Source of the DNA: Defluviitaleaceae bacterium
GTDB taxonomy: Bacteria > Bacillota > Clostridia > Lachnospirales > WRAX01
NCBI GenBank assembly: GCA_009784575.1
Contig: WRBK01000003.1
Coordinates: forward strand, 46,749 to 110,748
Length of the DNA stretch: 64,000 bases
Direction of reading: 5' to 3'
Made by a program: the position numbers and the translations under genes. The notes under the pieces were generated by a model. The model searched no databases and was not told where the DNA came from. It saw nothing but the letters and a program-made list of their open reading frames with translations. Positions 26,231 to 34,582 of the stretch are shown one piece after another. The first letter of the stretch is position 1, and each line of letters starts with the position of its first letter.

Positions 26231-27412
26231 TTAAGATTTACCCCATAATTTTAGCTTTAATTTTTTTACGGAATCCCGCCCTGCTGCCGCTGCTCTTATA
26301 TGCACATATGTTGCGGCTTGTAGCTGTTTTTTAAATGCAAGGGTGGCAGCCTTTAGGCTAGAGAATTTTATTTGGAAATCTATTTCGGCATACTTGCCGA
26401 TAAAGTATCTTTGCGCTTCAAATTTCACAAAATTTTCGCAATATATATCTATCATTAGGTCTTTGCCTGTGTTGTTGTGCAAAAGCAGCTTGCCACTATC
26501 TTCAAAGTGGTAAGCCTCTTTGTCCAATTTAGCTTCAAAAGCACCAGAAATATTGCATTGCACGCGTATAGAGCGGGTTTGACCACAATCCGCTATCACA
26601 TCAACGATAGCTACATCACGTCTCTTTATTTCCTCAGCCATTATGATATAGTCTAACTCCGTTGTGTTGTCATCGGCAAAATCAGCAGATATTATACGCT
26701 CCTTGGTTAGTTTAAACCATCGCTCGCCTTGGCGTACCTTAAAATCTGCCTCGGCGTAGCCCCATGTGGTTTTGCGTAGGCACAAGCCACCAGTTGCCAC
26801 ACTTTCGCCATGCCCTATGTTTGCCACAATGTCTGTTTGCTCTGGCACAATGTCAGCTTTGTTTTTTAATCCGCTAAAGATAAGAAAATTATCGGCGGCG
26901 CGTTCTTTGTTTGGGTCTGCCGCAAATTTTTCGTAAATATCCATAGATTGGTATCCTGTGTTAAAAAGCCATATCATAAAATCTTTTTGCCCAAAAAGGC
27001 GGCGGGCATCTATAGGATTTTTCTTTAGATATTCCATAAAATGCTCTGGTGTGGCTATTTTATTAGTGCCGCGTACAATGGCGGGCGGGTTTACTTTTAT
27101 CTCAAATGCAACAATTTTTTCGCCGCCATTGGATGTTAATATGGCTGTTGCTTTATGTTCACCTGTTAGCCCTTCTAGGTTTATGCTGTAATCAATGCTA
27201 ACTTTGTTGCCAGCAAAGGTATCAGTCGGAAAGCTAAGAAAGTCTGATGCAGAATCGATTCGTCCTTCTAGCTCACCCTCGCCTATATTAAACACCTCAA
27301 AGCTGCCCTCCACAAGCTCTGCGCCCCGGGCATCTATCCTATCTGTACTTAGGGCAATTTTCGGGGAAGGGTACTCCAAGTGTGTTAGAAGTTTGCTATG
27401 TGCTATCGCCAT
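26231..27412 (-). CDS. About 394-aa orphan protein, beta-rich (Ig-like/beta-sandwich repeats suspected)
   Basis: ORF 26231-27436. Start preferred at ATG 27410-27412, 8 nt after GAGGGGAGGG, overlapping the upstream gene by 17 nt. Alternating hydrophobic/polar patterns (..VEGSFEVFNIGEGELEGRIDS.., ..KATAILTSNGGEKIVAFEIKVNPP..). Confidence 0.65.
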   Translation of the reverse strand: MAIAHSKLLTHLEYPSPKIALSTDRIDARGAELVEGSFEVFNIGEGELEGRIDSASDFLSFPTDTFAGNKVSIDYSINLEGLTGEHKATAILTSNGGEKIVAFEIKVNPPAIVRGTNKIATPEHFMEYLKKNPIDARRLFGQKDFMIWLFNTGYQSMDIYEKFAADPNKERAADNFLIFSGLKNKADIVPEQTDIVANIGHGESVATGGLCLRKTTWGYAEADFKVRQGERWFKLTKERIISADFADDNTTELDYIIMAEEIKRRDVAIVDVIADCGQTRSIRVQCNISGAFEAKLDKEAYHFEDSGKLLLHNNTGKDLMIDIYCENFVKFEAQRYFIGKYAEIDFQIKFSSLKAATLAFKKQLQAATYVHIRAAAAGRDSVKKLKLKLWGKS

Positions 27413-28691
27413 CAGCATCACCCTCCCCTCGCTCAACCAAGTCTTTTATCAATCGTGTTTGGTAGCGGTTTTGCTCGGCAAAGTCTTCTAGGATGCCTTT
27501 TATCTGTTCTTCACGCGCTGTAGTACCCGAAAGTGCTGTTTTTATGCTATCCGAAATGCCTTCGGCAATTTGATTTCCTGCGCCGCCAAGGTGGTACGCA
27601 ACAATCTTGCCCATGGCATCGCCCATTTGCAATGTTATCTCTTTTAACGAGATTTCGTATGCCGCCACGGCGGATTCCAGAGCTTTTTGATTTTCCATCA
27701 CCAATCCAAGTTCGCCATCCATTGTGGTATTTCTGGTCTCCATGCTTGCCACAAGGACATTTAGCTTATTTACAGCGTTGCTTAGCAGCACAATATCATC
27801 TTTAATTTCTGCGCGGTTATTTTGCATGGTTTTACTAAACTCTGCCATGGTCTCAACTGCTGCTCCAATTTTTTCGCTCGCATTTGTAGCATCTGTAGTA
27901 ACACTCGCAGATTTATCTATAATCAAAGCCCAGCGCGATATCGCGCTGTCCAAAGCTTCATGATTTGCTATGGAGTTTAGCGTTGCATCCAGCCCTTTTG
28001 CCATGGTAGATATATTGGCAGTAATAGCCCCTGCAAATTCAGATTTTATCTTGTTAAGCACCTCATTATACATAGCGGACTGACGCGCAAGGTATTCGTC
28101 CAAATCTTTACCAAAAGTATATACGGCAGATGATATGTCCGTAGGGAAAAGCCGCCCTATATCACGTGCTAATACATACGCCAGAGTAGTTGTGTATCTA
28201 TCCTGCGCCGCATCTATGTCAAAAATGGCAGCTAAAATAATCATCAGTAAAAAAATTGCGGCAGAAAGCATTATAAATTCCACTTGCGCTGTTGCCGCAA
28301 GCACAAAAAGTATCACAAAAGGCAGAAATGCACGCTCCAACAGGCGTATTAGGTTTGCTAGGCTTTTAAAATTAAAGAAATATAGGCGGTTTTTTGTCAT
28401 GGTCATTCGTGCCACATCTAGCGCATCTGTGCGTGCGCCAAGTGCCGCCATTGCGGCATATTCTTTTGCCGCACGTGCAAAAGTGCCGCTTGTTAGCTTT
28501 TCTACGTCGCCCTTAGATTTTATACCCTTGACTGCTCTATTTATCAGAACAATACCTGTGCTAAATGCGCTAAAAAGCACTATGCGAAGTACAAGTGTAA
28601 TAGCAGCAACTACACCAAGCGTAATAGCCATAATGCCCTCTACTTGGCTAAAGCTAGCGAAAAAATCCGTTATCGTTGTAATCAAATCCAC
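27396..28691 (-). CDS. Membrane-anchored coiled-coil protein (first gene of the Hsp70 locus)
   Basis: 431 aa. TM1 GIMAITLGVVAAITLVLRIVLFSAF, a cytoplasmic loop of about 75 aa, then TM2-3 FLPFVILFVLAATAQVEFIMLSAAIFLLMIILAAIF. A helical low-complexity tail of about 270 aa rich in A/S/N/E follows, ending in acidic GEGDADGDST. Confidence 0.7.
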   Translation of the reverse strand: MDLITTITDFFASFSQVEGIMAITLGVVAAITLVLRIVLFSAFSTGIVLINRAVKGIKSKGDVEKLTSGTFARAAKEYAAMAALGARTDALDVARMTMTKNRLYFFNFKSLANLIRLLERAFLPFVILFVLAATAQVEFIMLSAAIFLLMIILAAIFDIDAAQDRYTTTLAYVLARDIGRLFPTDISSAVYTFGKDLDEYLARQSAMYNEVLNKIKSEFAGAITANISTMAKGLDATLNSIANHEALDSAISRWALIIDKSASVTTDATNASEKIGAAVETMAEFSKTMQNNRAEIKDDIVLLSNAVNKLNVLVASMETRNTTMDGELGLVMENQKALESAVAAYEISLKEITLQMGDAMGKIVAYHLGGAGNQIAEGISDSIKTALSGTTAREEQIKGILEDFAEQNRYQTRLIKDLVERGEGDADGDST

Positions 28692-28723
28692 AAAACCACT
28701 CTCTCCATTTCTTTATCATTACA

Positions 28724-28752
28724 ATTATAATGCATTGTGACAATTTTATCAA
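28724..28752 (-). promoter_or_regulatory. Strong sigma-70-type promoter driving the Hsp70 locus
   Basis: On the minus strand: TTGATA (28752-28747), 17-nt spacer, consensus TATAAT (28729-28724), about 30 nt upstream of the ATG at 28691. Confidence 0.7.
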
Positions 28753-28829
28753 CTATAATATTAGAACTAAAATATTGGACTCGGAATATAAATTCATGAT
28801 ATAATTGTCTCATCAAGGAGGTGCAGAAA

Positions 28830-30173
28830 ATGACAATACGTGATATGAAACTAGCTATGGAGCAAGGCAGGACAACATCAGAGCAATTGGCAAAAGATTG
28901 TTTGACAAAAATTAAGGAAAACAGCCATCTTAATGCCGTTATAGAGATAAACCCAGATGCTTTGCAGATAGCACAAAGGTTAGATGCCGCCACCGACAAA
29001 TCTGGTGTGCTACATGGCATACCTATTTTGATAAAAGACAATGTGAACACTGGTGATAAGATGGCTACCAGTGCGGGTTCTGTGGCTTTGGCGCAAAATA
29101 TTGCTATGCAAGATGCATCAGCGGTAAAGGCTTTGCGCGATGCTGGTGCTGTAATCATAGGCAAGACAAATCTTACAGAATTTGCTAATTATATGTGTGA
29201 TTTTCGTAAGAATGAAAAGATGCCAAATGGCTATTCCTCACGTGGCGGTCAGACCATGCATCCCACCCATAAAGATGCCGACCCTTCTGGCTCTAGCACA
29301 GGCTCGGCTGTGGCTGTGGCGGCAAGACTTGTACCAGTGGCTGTTGGCAGCGAAACTTATGGGTCTATTATCTCGCCGTCGCAGGCTTGTGGCATAGTCG
29401 GACTAAAGCCCACGAATGGGCTTATTAGCAAGGATGGTGTCATTCCTATTTCTTTTACATTGGACACACTTGGACCCATGGCCATAACCGTTCGCGATGT
29501 TGCTATAATGCTTTCTGCTATGAGCGGCAGGGTATATAACATGGCTCGTAAGCCTAATGAAATTACCATCGGTATTTGCTATGCTGGTTTGGATAACGCT
29601 AAATGGATGCCTAGCGAAGGTTGGCGCGATGCTAATAAAAAATTAGCAGAAGTTATGGGGCGTATTGGCATGAAGGTTATAGACTTGCCAAATGATGACA
29701 TTGAAGCCTACGCGCAGGCTCGCGATAATTACTTCATTTTCCCATTAATGCGCTATGAGTTTCAGCATGGTATAAATGGCTATCTGTCAGCACAAGGCAA
29801 CCCAAGTATCCCACAAAATCTCCATGAAATTATCGAATACAATAAACAAAATGCAGATATCGCGTTGAAATATGGGCAAGGGAATCTTGTTGCCGCTAGT
29901 GAGATTGGTAATGATTGGCAGATAAATCCCGAATATGTGGCGGCATTGACAGAACGGACGGCTGCACAAAATGCCCTTGATGCTTATTTTAACCGACACG
30001 GCGTGGATGTGATAATGATGATGTCTGCACATTGTGGGCTGGCGGCGGCTACAGGCTTTCCTAGTATCACTTTTCCTTTGGCAACGGAAGGTGACCGCCC
30101 TGCGGGATGCTTGTTGATGGCACGGAGATTTGATGAGGATGTTTTGTTGGCGGCGGCAAAGCATCTTGAGTAG
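28830..30173 (+). CDS. Amidase-signature family amidase
   Basis: GIPILIKDN, the Gly/Ser-rich signature DPSGSSTGSAVAVAA, and GSETYGSIISPS. Start ATG 28830 after AGGAGG. Confidence 0.8.
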   Translation: MTIRDMKLAMEQGRTTSEQLAKDCLTKIKENSHLNAVIEINPDALQIAQRLDAATDKSGVLHGIPILIKDNVNTGDKMATSAGSVALAQNIAMQDASAVKALRDAGAVIIGKTNLTEFANYMCDFRKNEKMPNGYSSRGGQTMHPTHKDADPSGSSTGSAVAVAARLVPVAVGSETYGSIISPSQACGIVGLKPTNGLISKDGVIPISFTLDTLGPMAITVRDVAIMLSAMSGRVYNMARKPNEITIGICYAGLDNAKWMPSEGWRDANKKLAEVMGRIGMKVIDLPNDDIEAYAQARDNYFIFPLMRYEFQHGINGYLSAQGNPSIPQNLHEIIEYNKQNADIALKYGQGNLVAASEIGNDWQINPEYVAALTERTAAQNALDAYFNRHGVDVIMMMSAHCGLAAATGFPSITFPLATEGDRPAGCLLMARRFDEDVLLAAAKHLE

Positions 30174-30193
30174 CTTTTTAGGTAAAATAAATT

Positions 30194-30228
30194 GGCGGCG
30201 CATCATAACGATACGCCGCCTAGATTTT
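30194..30228 (+). terminator. Rho-independent terminator after the amidase gene
   Basis: Stem GGCGGCG / CGCCGCC (30194-30200 / 30214-30220) followed by TAGATTTT. Confidence 0.6.
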
Positions 30229-30240
30229 AGGGCGTACTCC

Positions 30241-31149
30241 CTAGTACAAAGCATCTAATCCTTTATATGCAAACTTCTCTTTTTCCACATTTTTCCGATA
30301 TTTAAGAAGATTATCACCAGCCACATTTTTTCTTATGCAGTGATCTATATTTGCTAAAATTGTTTTATTAATATTGTACCCATCTGGGACAACATAGAAA
30401 TACTTCACATCATCTTTATCATAAGGGTTCTGGCATTGAATATCTGATAGCATGAAATAGAATAAATCCTTTGCGTAATATTCCAACATATCTTTCTTGT
30501 TTATCGGATTGCCATTATAATGGGCATCTTCGTTGAATGAGATATCCTCTTAGTTTGCCAAGAGTTTACGTGTTTCTAGTATGCTTAGTGGCTCTCCATC
30601 GTGGAGTGCATATAAATTATATGTAGGGTCAAACATAATCCATTTTCCATATTTTTCAACCCAAGCTTCACATACAACATGATTATCGAAATCATATGGC
30701 GAAAATGGCATAATAAAAACGGTACGCGCCTTTATGCCTATGGCAAGTAAGCATTCAGTTAGCGCAGTAGACAGCGCAAGGCAGTTTATGCCGTTCTCTT
30801 CACCTTTGTCAAATGAGTAATTAAACAAATCCATCGCTGTATTTTTTACATGATTCTTAAAGTTTCCAATATGGTATATGTTCGCAGAAATCCATTTTAA
30901 CAAATTTATTGCTTTGCTAAAGTCATCTCCATTGCCCGTTATGTATTTCAGCTTATATGTTTCGCATAGTTCTTGATAATCATCGTCTAGTGCATATTTT
31001 ATTGTTATATCCGCCTCGTCATCTTGAAAATTATCCATCATCTTCAAAAGCCCTGTGTAAACATCATACATCGAGTAGTCCCCCACAGTTTCATTTTCTA
31101 TTACTCTATCAAAATCTTGCAAAACTTGCAATAGAAACTTGCAAATCAT
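30241..31149 (-). pseudogene. Transglutaminase-like (papain-fold) protein gene split by one in-frame TAA
   Basis: ORF 30550-31149 (..INCLALSTALTECLLAIGIKARTVFIMP...DNHVVCEAWVEKYGKWIMFDPTYN.., a Cys/His/Asp core) ends ..KLLAN-TAA. The same frame continues EDISFNEDAHYNGNPINKKDMLEYYAKD... to 30241, giving 303 codons in total. Confidence 0.65.
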
Positions 31150-31194
31150 GCCAAACTATGCTATCATATCCAGAAAGACTGGAGGTAGCCGCAT

Positions 31195-32439
31195 ATGACA
31201 AATATCACAAAACCCAAGGGTACAGCCGATATTTTTGGCGCAAATGCCGCCCTATGGCGATATATAGAAAGCGAGATACACAAAACAGCCGCGCTTTTTG
31301 GGCTAGAGGAAATGCGTACGCCCATGTTTGAAAATGTGGAGCTTTTTGTGCGTAGTGTGGGCGAGGCTACGGATATTGTGCAAAAGGAGATGTATACTTT
31401 TACCGACCAAGGTGGCCGCACATATGCACTAAAGCCCGAAAGCACAGCACCCGCCGTGCGTGCTTATACCGAAAATTCTTTGCATACATTGCCTGCGCCC
31501 GCAAAGTTTTATTATATTGCACCACATTTTCGTGCAGAGCGTCCTCAAAAGGGGCGGTATCGCCAGCATCATCAATTTGGTGTAGAGTTTTTTGGTACGC
31601 CGTCTGCCGCCGCTGATGCTGAGTTAATTTCAACTTTCCATCTTTTCATTACGCGGCTCGGTATGGAAAATTTTGCTTTACACATAAATTCCATAGGGGA
31701 TGCTGATTGCCGCAAGCGTTTTAATGTCGCACTTTTAAGCTATTTATCAGAACAAATAGATGGTCTATGCCCATTATGCCGCGAGCGCATGAACAAAAAT
31801 CCTATGCGCGTATTGGACTGCAAAAATTCAACTTGCCAAGAAATAATAAAAGATGCGCCTGTTCCACTGAACCATCTTTCGAAGGAATGCGAAGAGCATT
31901 TTGAGCAAGTGCAAGAGTATCTTACAAACCTCGGTATACCATACACTGTTGATAAAGGCATTGTCCGCGGGCTGGATTATTATAACCGCACCGTATTTGA
32001 GTTTTTATCTACAGACCTTGGGGCGCAGTCTGCTATTGGCGGTGGTGGTCGCTACGACACTTTGGTGAATGGCGGTGCTGTTGGTTTCGGAATGGGCATA
32101 GAGCGACTTATCCTTATTTTGGAAGCTCAAGACAAATTGCCACATATCCCTAGGGATATTGCTGTTTTTGTAGGCGGCATGGGTGATGCAGGGGCTGCAA
32201 AAGCAGCTCAAATAGTCTATAAATTGCGCAAATCAGGCATTTCTGCCATCAGCGACCTATGCGACCGTTCTGTAAAAGCACAGTTAAAATATGCAGACAA
32301 ACTAAATGCCGCACATTCGCTGGTAATCGGCGATACCGAGCTAGAAAGCGGACACGCCATTATTAAGAATATGCAAAGCGGCGAAACTAAAGAGATTGAG
32401 ATAGATAAAATTGTAGAATTTTTCGGAGGTAGGATATAA
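31195..32439 (+). CDS. hisS: Histidine--tRNA ligase
   Basis: 414 aa. KPKGTADIFG, motif 2 FRAERPQKGRYRQHHQFGVEFFG, motif 3 GGGRYD...GFGMGIERL. Confidence 0.95.
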   Translation: MTNITKPKGTADIFGANAALWRYIESEIHKTAALFGLEEMRTPMFENVELFVRSVGEATDIVQKEMYTFTDQGGRTYALKPESTAPAVRAYTENSLHTLPAPAKFYYIAPHFRAERPQKGRYRQHHQFGVEFFGTPSAAADAELISTFHLFITRLGMENFALHINSIGDADCRKRFNVALLSYLSEQIDGLCPLCRERMNKNPMRVLDCKNSTCQEIIKDAPVPLNHLSKECEEHFEQVQEYLTNLGIPYTVDKGIVRGLDYYNRTVFEFLSTDLGAQSAIGGGGRYDTLVNGGAVGFGMGIERLILILEAQDKLPHIPRDIAVFVGGMGDAGAAKAAQIVYKLRKSGISAISDLCDRSVKAQLKYADKLNAAHSLVIGDTELESGHAIIKNMQSGETKEIEIDKIVEFFGGRI

Positions 32440-34235
32440 TGGAAAATTTAGGAAATCTTAGGCGCAGCCATTATTGCGGCGAATTTAATGAAAATTTGGC
32501 AGAGCAAAATGTGGTGGCTATGGGTTGGGTAAACCGCTCGCGTAGGTTGGGGCAGCTTATCTTTGTGACCTTGCGTGACCATACAGGTCTTGTACAAATT
32601 GCTTTTGATGAAAATACGCCGCCAGAGCTATTTGAAAAAGCAGAAAGCTTACGTAGTGAATACGCAATTGCAATAAGGGGTCGCGTGGCTTTGCGCCGCG
32701 AAAAAGACATCAACCCAGATATGGCAACAGGCAGAATTGAGATAATGGCGACCGACCTTGTGATTTTATCCACATCCGAAGTGCCGCCTTTCCAAATAGG
32801 CGACGAAAATGTGTCTGATGTTTTGCGTTTAAAGCACCGCTACCTTGATTTGCGTCGCGAAAAATTGCAGCAAAATATACGTTTGCGCCATGCGGCGGCT
32901 CTTTCTGTGCGTAATTTCTTGGCAAAGGAAGGTTTTGCGGAGATAGAGACTCCTATTCTCACAAATTCTTCACCCGAAGGTGCTAGGGACTATCTTGTGC
33001 CATCCCGCGTGCATCCTGGGCGTTTTTATGCCTTGCCGCAGTCGCCTCAGGTGCTAAAGCAGATTTTGATGGTGGGTGGGTTTGATAAATATTTCCAAAT
33101 AGCAAAGTGTTTGCGTGATGAGGATTTACGTGCAGACCGCCAACCAGAGTTTACACAAATTGATATAGAACAAGCCTTTATTGACCAAGATGATGTTATC
33201 ATGTTGACCGAAAACCTTGTAGCGCAGGTATTTGAAGAGACTATAGGTGTTAAGCTCCCTACCCCATTCCCGCGCATGGCGCACAAGGAGGCCATGGAAC
33301 GTTTTGGCAGCGATAAGCCAGATTTGCGTTTTGGCATGGAGCTTGTGGATATTAGCAATATCGTTGCGGGTTCAGAATTTGGCGTTTTCCAAGGTGCGCT
33401 TGATGCTAATGGTAGCGTGCGCGGCATTAATGCTAAGGGCTGCGGCAAGTATGGTCGCAAGCAAATAGATGCATTGATAGATTATGTGAAAACCTATAAG
33501 GCTAAGGGTCTTGCGTGGATTCAGCTAACCGAGACTGGCGAAGCAAAGACAACAATATCCAAGTTTTTTGATGAGGCGAAACTTCAAGAAATAATTACAG
33601 CTATGGGCAGCGAAAATGGTGACTTGTTGCTATTTTGCGCTGATAAAAATGATATAGTGTTTGATGCGCTGGGCAATCTGCGTTGCGAGCTTGCTCGCCG
33701 CGAAGGTCTGATTGCACCAGATGACGGTAATTTCAAGCCATTGTGGGTTGTAGAGTTTCCGCTGCTTATTTGGGATGAGGAAGATGGCCGCTATTATGCC
33801 AACCACCACCCTTTCACCGCGCCAATGGACGAGGACTTTCACCTTTTGGACAGCGATACGCCGCAACTGGCACGTAGCAAACAGCATGACCTTATCATAA
33901 ATGGATACGAGGCAGGTGGTGGCTCCATCCGTATTCACCGTCAAGATATGCAAGAAAAAATGTTTGAAATCCTAAGCTACACAGCAGAGCAAGCTCATGA
34001 AAATTTTGCTCATCTTATGGAAGCTTTGAAATATGGTGCGCCTCCACATGGCGGTGTGGCATTGGGGCTTGATAGGCTGGCTATGTTGCTATGTGGCACA
34101 GCAAATATTCGTGATGTAATTGCGTTTCCGAAGCAACAAGATGGTGCTTGCCCAATGACAGGTGCGCCTAATGAGGTGTTTGCTGAGCAGTTGGAGGAAC
34201 TGAAGATACAGTTTGTACAAGAAGATAAAAAATAA
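32439..34235 (+). CDS. aspS: Aspartate--tRNA ligase
   Basis: 598 aa. OB-fold N-terminus GWVNRSRRLGQLIFVTLRD, FYALPQSPQ, CLRDEDLRADRQPEFTQID, GGGSIRIH, GLDRLAMLL. The ATG shares 1 nt with the hisS TAA. Confidence 0.95.
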   Translation: MENLGNLRRSHYCGEFNENLAEQNVVAMGWVNRSRRLGQLIFVTLRDHTGLVQIAFDENTPPELFEKAESLRSEYAIAIRGRVALRREKDINPDMATGRIEIMATDLVILSTSEVPPFQIGDENVSDVLRLKHRYLDLRREKLQQNIRLRHAAALSVRNFLAKEGFAEIETPILTNSSPEGARDYLVPSRVHPGRFYALPQSPQVLKQILMVGGFDKYFQIAKCLRDEDLRADRQPEFTQIDIEQAFIDQDDVIMLTENLVAQVFEETIGVKLPTPFPRMAHKEAMERFGSDKPDLRFGMELVDISNIVAGSEFGVFQGALDANGSVRGINAKGCGKYGRKQIDALIDYVKTYKAKGLAWIQLTETGEAKTTISKFFDEAKLQEIITAMGSENGDLLLFCADKNDIVFDALGNLRCELARREGLIAPDDGNFKPLWVVEFPLLIWDEEDGRYYANHHPFTAPMDEDFHLLDSDTPQLARSKQHDLIINGYEAGGGSIRIHRQDMQEKMFEILSYTAEQAHENFAHLMEALKYGAPPHGGVALGLDRLAMLLCGTANIRDVIAFPKQQDGACPMTGAPNEVFAEQLEELKIQFVQEDKK

Positions 34236-34240
34236 AGCAA

Positions 34241-34269
34241 TAGCCCCTTGGCAACGAGGGGCTATTTTT
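34241..34269 (+). terminator. Rho-independent terminator of hisS-aspS
   Basis: Stem TAGCCCCT / AGGGGCTA followed by TTTTT. Confidence 0.8.
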
Positions 34270-34357
34270 ATGAAAAATTTATATTGACTTGCGTTTTTTT
34301 GTTATAATGGGAGCATAAACTATCGGCAAAGCCGAATACTCAAGGAGGAAATTTATT

Positions 34358-34447
34358 ATGAACAAAGAAAGAGTTAAAGGTGTGGCAATTGGGTTTATTT
34401 TATGTCTGGCATTATCTACAAGTGTTGCAGACGTGGCTATACCATAA
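34358..34447 (+). CDS. 29-aa mini-ORF, a stub resembling the signal-anchor of the stalk-domain protein at 36133-36738
   Basis: Below the ORF-track cut-off. AGGAGG 8 nt upstream, TGtTATAAT extended -10 further upstream, and a terminator at 34469-34493. The peptide MNKERVKGVAIGFILCLALSTSVADVAIP parallels MKKSRERAKGFVIGFVVAMVLSSS. Confidence 0.4.
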   Translation: MNKERVKGVAIGFILCLALSTSVADVAIP

Positions 34448-34468
34448 ATGAAGTATCAAGCCCATATT

Positions 34469-34493
34469 TCCCGAGTTTATACTCGGGATTTTT
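34469..34493 (+). terminator. Rho-independent terminator after the mini-ORF
   Basis: Stem TCCCGAGT / ACTCGGGA, loop TTAT, then TTTTT. Confidence 0.75.
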
Positions 34494-34582
34494 ATGCCTT
34501 TATGCATCTCAACGCTTTATTATTGAAACACAACCAGAATCACTTGACCAAAGTATTTGTTAAAAGAAATTCACAAAAGCAA

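Noticed and set aside
27396-28691. The membrane coiled-coil protein as a MotA/ExbB/ZorA-like proton-channel stator with a tail
   Set aside because: Only the gross topology (TM, cytoplasmic loop, TM hairpin, long helical tail) is reminiscent. I see none of the conserved MotA/ExbB TM motifs and there is no MotB/ZorB-like partner. I record it as a topology-level similarity only.
31150-31194. A T-box leader upstream of hisS-aspS
   Set aside because: The intergenic space to the divergent gene is only about 45 nt, far too short for a T-box of about 200 nt. No specifier or T-box sequence was seen.
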